Source: a bacterium (GTDB lineage: Bacteria > SAR324 > NAC60-12). From it: 64,000 bases of DNA. A program made the translations under genes and the position numbers. Positions 38,014 to 48,700 of the stretch are shown piece by piece (the stretch's first letter is position 1; the number at the start of each line of letters is the position of its first letter). The notes under the pieces are model-generated. The model was not told the DNA's origin and did no database searches. It was given only the letters and a program-made list of their open reading frames with translations. The DNA is taken from contig OZ242383.1 in NCBI GenBank assembly GCA_965209155.1, forward strand, positions 3,936,001-4,000,000. Direction: 5' to 3'.

Positions 38014-38625
38014 ATGTTACAACGCATCCATCAGTGGTTTCATAAAAAAGCATGTCTTGAAGCTATCCAAATCCTGAAACAGCAGGTCAACGCAGAGTTA
38101 GCACAACAAAATTTTAAAGCCGCAAAAAAAACGTTAATGCAGATCATCACACTAGACGCTGACGAGGAGGAGGCTTTGATAACATTGTGCAAAGTGTTGT
38201 TGCAGCAAGGCAAATTTGAAGAAAGCTACCAGGTGTTGCAACGGGTAACTGATTTGAATACGAAACATTGCCAGCAGGTATTGGCTTTCGTTCAGGCATA
38301 TGAAGATTCGGGCATGCTTGAAAAAATTGAAGAGTTGTTACTGATGGCTATTCAAAAGGCACCGCATATGCTAGAATTACGTCTTTGTCTGGCACAGCAT
38401 TTATTCGAACAGACCCGCCACACTGAAGCAGAAACACAGTTGCTTGCCATTCTAAAAAAGGAACCCGAGCACCTGCAGGCTCATATTGGTTTGGCCTACT
38501 GCTATTTAAAAACTGGAAGCAAAACAAAAGCGCTCGGACAAGTGAAAATAATTCGCCAATTAGACGAAAAACAGGCTGAAATTCTGATTTCGGCAATTTA
38601 TGAAAATGTGCAAAATTTCAATTGA
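38014..38625 (+). CDS. Tetratricopeptide repeat protein
   Basis: Helical repeats such as LA..L......EA...L..IL...P.H..A...LA..Y; the longer ORF start lies in the IS remnant. Confidence 0.75.
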   Translation: MLQRIHQWFHKKACLEAIQILKQQVNAELAQQNFKAAKKTLMQIITLDADEEEALITLCKVLLQQGKFEESYQVLQRVTDLNTKHCQQVLAFVQAYEDSGMLEKIEELLLMAIQKAPHMLELRLCLAQHLFEQTRHTEAETQLLAILKKEPEHLQAHIGLAYCYLKTGSKTKALGQVKIIRQLDEKQAEILISAIYENVQNFN

Positions 38626-38647
38626 ATACCTCCCTCTTTAATTCAAC

Positions 38648-38956
38648 ATGGAAGAATCCTTGACCGGAAAACAAAAACGATATCTGCGTCGATTGGCTCA
38701 CTTGATGAATCCCTTGATCAGTGTAGGAAAAAACGGTTTGTCTCAAACAATATATGATCAAATTGACCAATATTTATCAGAACATGAATTGATCAAAATC
38801 AAAATTTTGAATTCGTGTCCAACGAATAAGAAAGAATGTTTTCAAAAAATATCAATGCGAACTCGCTCCCAGATTGCGCAAATAATCGGACGGACTTTGA
38901 TCCTGTATCGAGCTCATCCCGATGAGCCAGTTATTCAATTACCCCCAGCGACTTGA
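38648..38956 (+). CDS. yhbY: YhbY RNA-binding (CRM) protein
   Basis: LTGKQKRYLR.LAH, GKNG, HELIKIK, QIIGRT.ILYR. Confidence 0.95.
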   Translation: MEESLTGKQKRYLRRLAHLMNPLISVGKNGLSQTIYDQIDQYLSEHELIKIKILNSCPTNKKECFQKISMRTRSQIAQIIGRTLILYRAHPDEPVIQLPPAT

Positions 38957-39099
38957 AACCCTCATACCTCATTCGACAAAATTGTTGCTTTGGGCGCCGA
39001 CTTAGCGAACTGCGGGAAAATGATGATGAATACGCCAGGACACTCATATTACAGAAGATAAATGTCGAACGCAAGTTAAATTAAATTTAAAAGGTTTCA

Positions 39100-41016
39100 A
39101 TGTCTCGCATTTTCTATATCACGACTCCCATTTATTACGTGAATAGCCATCCCCATATCGGGCATGCCTATACTACTATTGTAGGGGATATATTTCGCCG
39201 TTTTCGACGATTATTTGGCGAAGACACTTATTTTTTAACTGGAACTGACGAGCATGGTCAGAAAATTGCGGAATCGGCAAAAAAATCCAAGATCACGCCT
39301 CAAGCTTTTGTGGACCAAATTTCTCGAGAGTTTCAAAACCTTTGGCCTCAGCTCCATATCCAATACGATCAGTTCATTCGGACAACCAATCCTGATCATA
39401 AAAAGCGCGTACAACAGGTTATGCAAAAAATTTATGATCAAGGGGAAATATATTTCAAACAATATGAGGGATTGTATTGCGTAGGATGCGAACGATTCAT
39501 GGATGAAGCTGAATTGACGGATGGCAAGTGTCCCGACCATCAAGTGGAGCCCCAGTTACATCAGGAGGAAAACTACTTTTTTAAAATGAATGTCTACCAA
39601 GAATGGTTAGTTCGTGAACTCGAAACAAATGAAGACTGGATATATCCCAAAAGATATCGTACGGAAGTTTTGAATTTTTTGAAAAAGCCCCTGCAGGATT
39701 TATGTATTTCACGACCGAAAAAACGGCTCAGCTGGGGTATTGAGCTTCCATTTGATTCGAACTTTGTCACATACGTATGGTTCGACGCACTGCTTAATTA
39801 TCCAAATGCCTTGGGCTGGCCGGATGAACAACTCTATAGAAAATATTGGCCTCAGGCTCATCATTTGATTGGTAAAGATATCCTCAAGACCCATGCGATT
39901 TATTGGCCCTGTATGCTTAAAGCAGGAGGTCTTCCTATGTTTAAAAAATTAGTGGTCAATGGTTTTTGGATTAGCAGTGGTTCGAAAATGAGCAAATCCA
40001 TAGGAAACGTTGTGAACCCTCTTACCATGAAAGATCGTATTGGTACCGATCCCTTGCGCTATTTTTTAGCACGAGACATGGTTTATGGCGAAGACGCAAA
40101 TTTTACGGAAGAATTACTACTGGTACGCTATAATGGGGATTTGGCCAATAACATTGGCAATCTGATCAATCGTTGTATCAGTATGAGTCGCCGAAATTTC
40201 AACAACCGTATTCCACAAAAAGATGTATTGAAAGATTTGGAAAAAGAACTCCACAATCGATTTGCTCGGGACGTGGCACTGGTACAAAAGCACGTGATGG
40301 GTTTTCAATTGCATCGCGCCTTGGAACTGGTCGCTATGATGAGCAGTCGGGTCAACAAATACATCGATACGACGACCCCGTGGAAGCTGGCCCAAGAAGG
40401 CAATCATAAGCGCTTGGGAACCGTTCTCTACACAGCTTTGGACGCGGTCCGAATCCTTGTACAATTGTTATTTCCGGTGATGCCCGAAAAAATGAATACG
40501 GCCTGGCAAGCGCTTGGACTTTCGATTAATACCTTGGAAAATGCTCAACTGGAAATCGGGCTTTTGCCAGAGGGACTGAAGTTACCCAAACCCTTTCCTT
40601 TGTTTCCGAAGATCACGAAGAATTCTTCAGTAGATGCATCCCGGCCGCCAATTACTTCCATGCGCTCATCCGAGACTGATGTAACTCGCGATGAAGTGTC
40701 TATTGAAGAATTTGCCAGAATCGAATTAAAAGTTGGTCGCATTGTCTCATGCCAGTCCGTGAAGCAATCAGACAAGCTTCTCCATGCTTATGTGGATGTG
40801 GGAGAAGGAAAACCTCGCTCCATAGTTTCGGGGATTGCTGAATGTTTCAAACCTGAGAGCTTAGTGGGAAGACAGGTAGTGGTAGTCAGCAATCTTAAAT
40901 CAGCAAAGTTGCGCGGCGTGATCTCTGAAGGAATGATTCTCTGTACAGAGGATGATGGGCGTTACATGCTCGTGGAACCTCCTGAAGAAGCCTCTCCAGG
41001 GACCCCCATCCGTTGA
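39100..41016 (+). CDS. metG: Methionine--tRNA ligase with C-terminal tRNA-binding domain
   Basis: HIGH, GTDEHG, YVWFDAL, KMSKS, C-terminal OB fold. Confidence 0.98.
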   Translation: MSRIFYITTPIYYVNSHPHIGHAYTTIVGDIFRRFRRLFGEDTYFLTGTDEHGQKIAESAKKSKITPQAFVDQISREFQNLWPQLHIQYDQFIRTTNPDHKKRVQQVMQKIYDQGEIYFKQYEGLYCVGCERFMDEAELTDGKCPDHQVEPQLHQEENYFFKMNVYQEWLVRELETNEDWIYPKRYRTEVLNFLKKPLQDLCISRPKKRLSWGIELPFDSNFVTYVWFDALLNYPNALGWPDEQLYRKYWPQAHHLIGKDILKTHAIYWPCMLKAGGLPMFKKLVVNGFWISSGSKMSKSIGNVVNPLTMKDRIGTDPLRYFLARDMVYGEDANFTEELLLVRYNGDLANNIGNLINRCISMSRRNFNNRIPQKDVLKDLEKELHNRFARDVALVQKHVMGFQLHRALELVAMMSSRVNKYIDTTTPWKLAQEGNHKRLGTVLYTALDAVRILVQLLFPVMPEKMNTAWQALGLSINTLENAQLEIGLLPEGLKLPKPFPLFPKITKNSSVDASRPPITSMRSSETDVTRDEVSIEEFARIELKVGRIVSCQSVKQSDKLLHAYVDVGEGKPRSIVSGIAECFKPESLVGRQVVVVSNLKSAKLRGVISEGMILCTEDDGRYMLVEPPEEASPGTPIR

Positions 41017-41046
41017 AAGTGCGGATATTTTTTTGTAAGAATCACC

Positions 41047-42429
41047 ATGCATGATTATTCCCAGATCTCCGCAAAATTGGTAAAACGTTACAACCGACCC
41101 GGTCCCCGTTATACCAGCTATCCCACTGTGCCTCATTGGGAGCGTGGGCAGTTCAATGAGGATTATGCCGGGTATTTACAAAAAGAGGGCAAAAAAGAAA
41201 CCCCGCTTTCCTTGTATATCCATATCCCTTTTTGCAGCCGTCTTTGCACTTTTTGTGGCTGCAATCGTTTTATCACTCGTGATGACCATCTCGTAGAAAA
41301 TTATCTGCAAGCTGTTTCAGATGAATTGCGGCAAACCGCTCGTCACTTAGGAAACCGTAATAGAGTCAAACAATTACATTTGGGAGGGGGTACACCGACT
41401 CATCTCAATGTCGACCAACTGCAAAGGCTTCATAAAATGGTTGCGGATCATTTTGAGCTTGATCCGAATGGAGAAATGGCATTGGAAGCCCATCCACGGG
41501 TTACGCGTAGTGAGCAACTAGAGGCTTTGTATGCGTTAGGATTCAGACGGATCAGCTTCGGTGTTCAAGACCTGGATCTCCAAGTACAGCATGCGATAAA
41601 CAGGGAGCAAACTATAGAGCAGACTCAGCATACGTTTTATGAATCGCGTAAATTGGGATATTCCAGTATCAATATGGACCTGATTTATGGCTTACCGTGT
41701 CAAACCATGGAAACTTTTCAGACCACCATGGAGACTGTCAATTCTATGAAACCGGACCGTCTGGCAATCTACAGTTTCGCTTATATCCCAAATATGTTTC
41801 GTCACCATGAACGTGCAATCAAAGAAGAAGACTTACCCTCCGCAGAAGAAAAAATCGCCATTTACCTGGAGTCCATTCAATATTTTACTCAAGCAGGTTA
41901 CCAGATGATTGGCATGGACCATTATGCCAAACCAGATGACGAATTGGCAATTGCTCAAAAAAATCACACCCTTCACCGTAATTTCATGGGATACACGACT
42001 CTACGGGGATTGACGCAAATTGGAGTAGGCGTGTCGGCCATCTCGGATTTTGGAAATGGCTACTTCCAAAAGGAAAAGAATTTGAATGCCTATATGCAAG
42101 GGATCGTTCAGGGACAAATGCCGACCATCCGTAAACGAATTTTGAATGCCGATGACTCACTACGGAGGGAAATAATTGAAACGCTGATGTGCCAGTGCTT
42201 TCTTCCTGTCCCTGAAATTGAAGAAAAATATCAAATCGAATTCTGTGAATACTTTAAAGATGCCTGGGACGTTATGCGGATATTTGAAGCAGAAGGATTG
42301 TTGGAATTGAAGCCGGAAGGGATTGAATTGAGTCAGCGTGGTGTCCTGTTCATGCGCAATATTGTCATGCCCTTTGACCGTTATCTCGACCAGAACACCA
42401 GAATTCTCCATTTTTCAAATACCATCTGA
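41047..42429 (+). CDS. hemN: Oxygen-independent coproporphyrinogen III oxidase
   Basis: PGPRYTSYP, CxxxCxxC, GGGTP, RNFMGYTT. Confidence 0.96.
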   Translation: MHDYSQISAKLVKRYNRPGPRYTSYPTVPHWERGQFNEDYAGYLQKEGKKETPLSLYIHIPFCSRLCTFCGCNRFITRDDHLVENYLQAVSDELRQTARHLGNRNRVKQLHLGGGTPTHLNVDQLQRLHKMVADHFELDPNGEMALEAHPRVTRSEQLEALYALGFRRISFGVQDLDLQVQHAINREQTIEQTQHTFYESRKLGYSSINMDLIYGLPCQTMETFQTTMETVNSMKPDRLAIYSFAYIPNMFRHHERAIKEEDLPSAEEKIAIYLESIQYFTQAGYQMIGMDHYAKPDDELAIAQKNHTLHRNFMGYTTLRGLTQIGVGVSAISDFGNGYFQKEKNLNAYMQGIVQGQMPTIRKRILNADDSLRREIIETLMCQCFLPVPEIEEKYQIEFCEYFKDAWDVMRIFEAEGLLELKPEGIELSQRGVLFMRNIVMPFDRYLDQNTRILHFSNTI

Positions 42430-42540
42430 ATCGAAAATATTCATTCAACTATCCAAGCAAAGAAATTTTTCCCTTTAAGAGCAGCTGAAGACATAAAAAA
42501 AGCTGTTTGTCGCCCTACTTGAATCGCGACCATAACATCT

Positions 42541-43218
42541 ATGATAGAACATCCATTTCCAGAGAAAATCAGTAAAAAGGAAATCAATGACTTTTTCCAG
42601 GTCCAGTTTCAAGGTACTGTTCATATAGTGGATTCTCCGGAGAAAATCAAACCGGCGCTGACTTGCCTGAATAAAGAATTGTGGCTTGGATTTGATACGG
42701 AAACCCGCCCATCTTTTCATAAAGGAAAACGAAACGCGGTCTCATTACTGCAATTGTCCACCTCTCGGGAAGTTTTTCTTTTTCGTTTGAACTACCTTCA
42801 TTTGCCTGCCGCATTGAAAAAACTCTTCGAAAACGAGAAGATTATTAAACTCGGAGTGGCCTTGCATGAAGACATCCAAGCCTTGCAAAAATTGGCCAAT
42901 TTTGAACCCAAAGGATTCTTGGATTTTGTACAGATTGCAAAAAAGCTGGGATTAAAAAATTCTGGATTGAGGAGTTTGGCGGCAATTTTTCTAAGAGTGC
43001 GTATTTCCAAAGGTACGCGTTTGTCGAATTGGGAAAGCCAAAAATTGACCCCCGCTCAAATTACTTATGCGGCAACCGATGCCTGGATTTGTCGGGAAAT
43101 GTACATGCGGTTACGGTATTCAGGAGTACCTGAGGAAATCTTGCAGGTGCCATCAAATACACCGAACCGTAAAAGGAAAAAGGAAAGTTTACAAATTCAC
43201 TCAATGTTAGAATATTAA
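42541..43218 (+). CDS. 3'-5' exonuclease (DEDDy, WRN/RNase D-like)
   Basis: GFDTE, LLQL, SNWE...L...Q..YAATDA. Confidence 0.92.
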   Translation: MIEHPFPEKISKKEINDFFQVQFQGTVHIVDSPEKIKPALTCLNKELWLGFDTETRPSFHKGKRNAVSLLQLSTSREVFLFRLNYLHLPAALKKLFENEKIIKLGVALHEDIQALQKLANFEPKGFLDFVQIAKKLGLKNSGLRSLAAIFLRVRISKGTRLSNWESQKLTPAQITYAATDAWICREMYMRLRYSGVPEEILQVPSNTPNRKRKKESLQIHSMLEY

Positions 43219-43261
43219 GTTTTGCCTCTGATGGGGGAATAGTTGCACAGAAAAAAAATAA

Positions 43262-43440
43262 AGAAGATATTGCCGCCAGACCGTGTGAAGCGCTTTTGTA
43301 CCTGTCTCTCCAGGTGGGATAACGTTTAAGAATTTCAGGCTTCCTTCATTGAAGGCATGCTCACCATTCTCAGGGACAAATCCCCTTACAATGCAATAAG
43401 GTAGCAAAAGAACTCATCACGAGAATCGCAGGAACATCTC
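43262..43440 (-). ncRNA. ssrS: 6S RNA
   Basis: Downstream of zapA on the same strand (conserved synteny); 5' GATGTTCCTGCG...CGTG pairs with 3' CACG...CGGCAATATC; internal CCCACCT; ends approximate. Confidence 0.72.
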
Positions 43441-43538
43441 CAGCAAATCATTGTTTTTTGTGTATATATCATAAGCGCTCCTTCAAATTCCCCCTGATAC
43501 CAGATGGTAACTTGCAAAAAGGACTCAAGATGCTTTCA

Positions 43539-43850
43539 TCAATTTTTTTTTTCGATAATGTGGTCTAATTGTTGACAGATAGACACCAAACTTTCTCGGG
43601 CAGACTCGGACATGTATTCTCTGTTACGCTGGATATTCAATAATTCGTCAGCTAAATTCAATGCAGTTAACACAGTCAAACTCATCAGATTAAAGGAATC
43701 TGAATTGGCTGCAACTTCATCAATTTTTTCACTGAGAAATGCTTCAACCCGGCGAATACGCTCTTCTGAGTATTTGCTGGAAACCGAAAATTGATGCCCT
43801 TTGATGTTGATTTTGAATTGTTTCAATTCATGTTGGAAATCATTCGCCAT
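43539..43850 (-). CDS. zapA: Cell division protein ZapA
   Basis: I.I.G..F.V, VL.ALN.ADEL motif and coiled-coil tail. Confidence 0.88.
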   Translation of the reverse strand: MANDFQHELKQFKINIKGHQFSVSSKYSEERIRRVEAFLSEKIDEVAANSDSFNLMSLTVLTALNLADELLNIQRNREYMSESARESLVSICQQLDHIIEKKN

Positions 43851-43980
43851 ACTATTAAAAAACTACTAACTAGTCATCACAAGTGCTATGGTTTAAGAAG
43901 CAAAAGTTAACAGTTTTTAGAGAGGAAAGCAACGTCCTTTTGATAAAATTTTTATAAAATCTGGTGGATGGGATCAAGTC

Positions 43981-44697
43981 ATGAAACACGCAAGAATTCC
44001 TCTTACTGCAGAGAGCAAACTGGAGTTTGCCGGATTGTTGATCATGCACCGGCTTGTTTCCGAGGGTGAGCGTATCCATTCTTCTTTTATGGAAAGCAAC
44101 GACCGACTGGTGGAACCCTACTTGGATACATTGGAAGACAAAGGTTTGGTGCAACGCGGTAGTGAATATTATTATGAACCTACCGAAAAGGGAAAACAGT
44201 TTTATCAAAAATTGATAGATCAAAGGCTTGCTTATGCCCAACACTTCGAAATTTATGAAAGGGTTGATCTGGAAACCGGAACTTTTGCCAATCCTCAAAC
44301 GGATTTTCTGGAAGATCAACGTTGGGCGGATCTGCGGGTTGCCGTTGCCGAATATAAAGGAGTGGATCCTTACTACATGGTTTTTTTAGCTATGCTCAGT
44401 GACGAACACTTCTTTGAAAACCACAACTGGCGATTTGATTTGGGGATGGGGAATCTATTTGAAGAAATGGAAAAAATCGTCCAGGAACAAATTTCCGAAG
44501 AAGATCTCGCATATGAAGATGAAGTAGGATTTGTTCCCGGACACGACGTATTGCAAGATGTTATCCATCAAGGAGATCAAATCAGCAAAAAACGCTTCAA
44601 AGCCCAACAAGAACGGGAAGCGCTGGAAGAAAGACGAGCATTGCGAGAAATGGAAGAAATATCAATTATAGACGAACCTGGATGGCTATGGAGATGA
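43981..44697 (+). CDS. Hypothetical protein (possible N-terminal winged helix)
   Basis: 238-aa acidic ORF, ATGA-coupled to pepN; Y.PTEKG pattern. Confidence 0.7.
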   Translation: MKHARIPLTAESKLEFAGLLIMHRLVSEGERIHSSFMESNDRLVEPYLDTLEDKGLVQRGSEYYYEPTEKGKQFYQKLIDQRLAYAQHFEIYERVDLETGTFANPQTDFLEDQRWADLRVAVAEYKGVDPYYMVFLAMLSDEHFFENHNWRFDLGMGNLFEEMEKIVQEQISEEDLAYEDEVGFVPGHDVLQDVIHQGDQISKKRFKAQQEREALEERRALREMEEISIIDEPGWLWR

Positions 44698-47345
44698 TGC
44701 AGCAAGAAGCCCCCCAACCGATTTTTCTGAAAGACTATAAGCCCTCCGATTATTTGATTGATCAGGTGGAATTGGATTTTGATTTGGGTGAAGAGGTGAC
44801 CCGGGTGAAGTCTCAATTGTCCGTGCGACGCAATGCATCGCAATCTCATCCAATCCCGCTTGTTTTGGATGGAGAAGCACTCTTCTTACGCGCCCTTCGT
44901 ATGGACGGTCGTGTTTTGGCAACAAGTGAGTATCGGGTTGACGAGAAAAGTTTACGTATCAATAAAGTTCCAAAGTCCTTTGTATTGGAAATTGAGACTG
45001 AGATAAAACCACAGGAAAACACGGCGTTGGAGGGACTTTACAAATCCAGTGGCAATTTTTGTACGCAATGTGAAGCCGAAGGATTCCGCCGGATCACGTA
45101 TTTTATTGATCGTCCTGATGTGATGGCCCGCTATAGCACTAAGATCACTGCCAATCAGGAAAAATATCCGGTTTTGCTTTCCAATGGAAATTTGCTCGAA
45201 AAAGGCTTACTACCAGATGGACGCCATTGGGTCAAATGGCAAGATCCCCATAAAAAACCATGCTACTTATTTGCCCTGGTTGCCGGAGATTTGGTTTGTC
45301 AGGAAGATTTCTTCATAACTTGTGGAGGCCGCAAGGTGACTTTGCGGATATTCGTTGAAAGAGTGAATGCTGATAAATGTGAGCACGCCCTTCGCTCGCT
45401 TAAAAAAGCAATGAAATGGGATGAAGAGGTTTATGGACGTGAGTACGATTTGGATGTCTATATGATTGTGGCAGTCAATGATTTCAACATGGGAGCCATG
45501 GAAAACAAAGGGCTCAATATATTCAATTCAAAATACGTGCTCGCTAAGCCGGAAACTGCAACGGATCAAGATTACAGTGCTATCGAAGGAGTGATTGCGC
45601 ACGAGTACTTTCACAATTGGACAGGAAACCGGATCACCTGTCGAGATTGGTTTCAACTGAGCCTGAAAGAAGGGCTGACAGTATTCCGGGATCAATGTTT
45701 TTCGGCAGATATGGCATCGTCCACAGTGCAAAGGATTAACGATGTGCGTGGACTGCGAACTGTGCAGTTTGCAGAAGATGCGGGGCCCATGGCCCATCCG
45801 ATTCGCCCGGAATCTTATATGACCATCAACAATTTTTATACTACGACCGTTTACAATAAAGGCGCGGAAGTAATACGCATGATGCACCAAATCTTGGGCA
45901 CCAAGGGATTTCGACTTGGTATGGATCTGTATTTTGAGCGCCACGACGGACAAGCCGTCACTACGGATGATTTTGTAAAGGCGATGGAAGACGCGAATGG
46001 AATCGATCTAATTCAATTTCGTAATTGGTACAGCCAAGCCGGGACACCGGAAGTGGTTGTGCAAACCGATTATGATACCTCTGGAAAAACTTATAGACTG
46101 ACTTTTCAACAGTCCTGTGAACCCACACCGAATCAACCCCATAAACAACCTTTTCACCTACCCATTGCCATGGGACTTCTCGATCCGGAAGGGAACGACT
46201 TCCCCCTTCAACTAGCAGGAGAAGATCGGCCGACGGCCTCCACCACTCGGGTGTTGAATCTTCGGCAACCGAAAGAGTCATACCTCTTTGTTGGCATAGA
46301 TCAGAAGCCGGTGCCGTCCCTGCTACGAGGGTTTTCTGCCCCCGTAAAGTTACGTTTTGATTATTCGGATGAAGAATTGGCTTTTCTAATGGCAAATGAC
46401 CATAATCTTTTCAACCGTTGGGAAGCCGGACAACGACTTGCCATCAAAACGATGCTGGAATTGGTGGCCGACTACCAACAACAAAAATCTTTGCTGCTCA
46501 ATCAGTCGTTTTTGTCAGCATTCCGTAAGATTCTCACTGCTCCTGCGCAGGATAATTCGTTGATAGCAGAAATCCTGAGTTTGCCTTCGGAATCCTACCT
46601 GGCAGAAATGATGGAGGTGATCGACGTGGACGCTATTCATCATGTGCGGGAATTTGTGAGGTTATCTCTGGCTCGAGAATTTGAAGACGCATTTTTTGAT
46701 ATCTACCACAAGAACCGGGAAGCAGGACACTATCGGCTTGACACCGACGCGATGGCCAATCGTCGTTTGAAAAACACCAGTCTTTCTTACCTTGCCCTAT
46801 TAAATGACCCAATCGTCTATAAACATTCACTGGAACAGTTCCGGTTTGCAGGCAATATGACAGACACACTGGGAGCGCTTTATGTCTTGGTTCTCAACAA
46901 ATCGCCTCATCGGGACCAGGTTTTGTCCGAATTTTATGAAACCTGGCAAGCCGATCCTCTAGCGGTAAACAAATGGTTTTCTGTCCAGGCTTTGGCTCCT
47001 TTTCCCGGGACTATGCAGAAGGTAAAAAAATTAATGGACCATCCTGCATTTGAGATAAAAAATCCCAATAATGTGCAGGCCCTGATTGGTACGTTCAGCA
47101 GTGGCAATCCTTTGTGTTTTCATGAATTGAGTGGAATGGGTTATCAATTTATAGCAGATTGCGTTTTACAACTCGATGCGCTCAATCCCCAAATTGCTGC
47201 GCGTTTGTCTGTGAGTTTGAGCCGCTGGCAGCGATATGATTTGCAACGACAGGAAGGGATGAAATGCCAATTGGAACGCATCGCGCGAGCTTCGAAGTTA
47301 TCCAAAGATGTATATGAAATTGTGAGAAAAAGCCTGGCATCTTGA
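44694..47345 (+). CDS. pepN: Aminopeptidase N
   Basis: TQCEAEGFRRIT, GAMENKG, HEYFH-x18-E, NPQIAARL. Confidence 0.98.
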   Translation: MMQQEAPQPIFLKDYKPSDYLIDQVELDFDLGEEVTRVKSQLSVRRNASQSHPIPLVLDGEALFLRALRMDGRVLATSEYRVDEKSLRINKVPKSFVLEIETEIKPQENTALEGLYKSSGNFCTQCEAEGFRRITYFIDRPDVMARYSTKITANQEKYPVLLSNGNLLEKGLLPDGRHWVKWQDPHKKPCYLFALVAGDLVCQEDFFITCGGRKVTLRIFVERVNADKCEHALRSLKKAMKWDEEVYGREYDLDVYMIVAVNDFNMGAMENKGLNIFNSKYVLAKPETATDQDYSAIEGVIAHEYFHNWTGNRITCRDWFQLSLKEGLTVFRDQCFSADMASSTVQRINDVRGLRTVQFAEDAGPMAHPIRPESYMTINNFYTTTVYNKGAEVIRMMHQILGTKGFRLGMDLYFERHDGQAVTTDDFVKAMEDANGIDLIQFRNWYSQAGTPEVVVQTDYDTSGKTYRLTFQQSCEPTPNQPHKQPFHLPIAMGLLDPEGNDFPLQLAGEDRPTASTTRVLNLRQPKESYLFVGIDQKPVPSLLRGFSAPVKLRFDYSDEELAFLMANDHNLFNRWEAGQRLAIKTMLELVADYQQQKSLLLNQSFLSAFRKILTAPAQDNSLIAEILSLPSESYLAEMMEVIDVDAIHHVREFVRLSLAREFEDAFFDIYHKNREAGHYRLDTDAMANRRLKNTSLSYLALLNDPIVYKHSLEQFRFAGNMTDTLGALYVLVLNKSPHRDQVLSEFYETWQADPLAVNKWFSVQALAPFPGTMQKVKKLMDHPAFEIKNPNNVQALIGTFSSGNPLCFHELSGMGYQFIADCVLQLDALNPQIAARLSVSLSRWQRYDLQRQEGMKCQLERIARASKLSKDVYEIVRKSLAS

Positions 47346-47351
47346 GTATTA

Positions 47352-47919
47352 TAATTGATCTCATTAAACCACCAGCTCTGCTGGTGCGAACCTAATAAGC
47401 TTTGCCGGTCAGACATGAGAAACGTATCCGTGTCCGTTAGCCGTGCTCGTGCTCGTGAACGGTCAGTGAATTCGACGGCACATTTTGGTTAACATAGAAA
47501 CAATGCGATGAAGTAACTGTTTCCCTTCGTCAAATAAAGGAGGCTGGATGATCTTCAACACGTTTAAAACATCGAGAATAGCAGCGCATTCCATTGCGGA
47601 ACCTCGGGCAAATGCATAGAATCGTTGCTTGTCAGCAAAGGAATTTTTTCCACAGCCTTCTGCGATATTGAGAGGAATCGACCATGAGGCCCTTTTCAGT
47701 TGGTCAACTAAGGCTGAGTATCCTTTTGGCAATGTTTCGTTGACTTGGACAGATAACGCTAAAAATTCGATGGAACATTGGTATACATCGAGTTTTTCAT
47801 GATCTAACATGGCAGCCTTTTTCGTTCACGAGCACGAGCACGTCTTACGATGACGAACACGTTTTGCCCTCATACTGGGGGCCTCTTCAAGCCACCGGCT
47901 CTGCCGGTGGTGATGACTT
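47352..47919 (+). mobile_element. Four-helix-bundle element, copy 2 (568 bp)
   Basis: As copy 1 plus one extra GTGCTC hexamer; starts 6 bp after the pepN stop. Confidence 0.75.
47463..47810 (-). CDS. Four helix bundle protein, copy 2
   Basis: Differs from copy 1 at three residues. Confidence 0.93.
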   Translation of the reverse strand: MLDHEKLDVYQCSIEFLALSVQVNETLPKGYSALVDQLKRASWSIPLNIAEGCGKNSFADKQRFYAFARGSAMECAAILDVLNVLKIIQPPLFDEGKQLLHRIVSMLTKMCRRIH

Positions 47920-48481
47920 TAATTAATCTCATTAAACCACCAGCTCTGCTGGTGCGAACCTAATTGGCTTTGCCGGTCAGACATGAGAAAGGTATCCGTG
48001 TCCGTTAGCCGTGCTCGTGAACGGTCAGTGAATTCGACGGCACATTTTGGTTAACATAGAAACAATGCGATGAAATAACTGTTTCCCTTCGTCAAATAAA
48101 GGAGGCTGGATGATCTTCAACACGTTTAAAACATCGAGAATAGCAGCGCATTCCATTGCGGAACCTCGGGCAAATGCATAGAATCGTTGCTTGTCAGCAA
48201 AGGAATTTTTTCCACAGCCTTCTGCGATATTGAGAGGAATCGACCATGAGGCCCTTTTCAGTTGGTCAACTAAGGCTGAGTATCCTTTTGGCAATGTTTC
48301 GATGACTTGGACAGATAACGCTAAAAATTCGATGGAACATTGGTATACATCGAGTTTTTCATGATCTAACATGGCAGCCTTTTTCGTTCACGAGCACGAG
48401 CACGTCTTACGATGACGAACACGTTTTGCCCTCATCCTGGGGGCCTCTTCAAGCCACCGGCTCTGCCGGTGGTGATGACTT
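47920..48481 (+). mobile_element. Four-helix-bundle element, copy 3 (562 bp), head-to-tail with copy 2
   Basis: Junction GATGACTT|TAATTAATCTC with no spacer. Confidence 0.75.
48025..48372 (-). CDS. Four helix bundle protein, copy 3
   Basis: Differs from copy 2 at two residues. Confidence 0.93.
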   Translation of the reverse strand: MLDHEKLDVYQCSIEFLALSVQVIETLPKGYSALVDQLKRASWSIPLNIAEGCGKNSFADKQRFYAFARGSAMECAAILDVLNVLKIIQPPLFDEGKQLFHRIVSMLTKMCRRIH

Positions 48482-48490
48482 ACTAAATTT

Positions 48491-48700
48491 AACCTGAGTT
48501 CAAGATAAGCATTTAATCAATTCAATATGTTATGGAATCTTCATCTTAGAGAATCCTTGTCATTCCTGGCTTGACCAGGAATTTTGAGGTATGCAGCCAG
48601 CCGGAATTCTGGATCCCTCCCGGACTCGATCCGGGATCACGCGAGGACGACATATACACCAGGATTCTCCTTTATTGAAGATTTATTTCGATCTCAGGCT
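48491..48700. repeat. MITE-like element with an internal RPE-like palindrome
   Basis: Terminal IR AACCTGAGTTCAAGATAA vs rc AGCCTGAGATCGAAATAA (14/18); internal GTCATTCCTGGCTTGACCAGGAAT. Confidence 0.6.
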
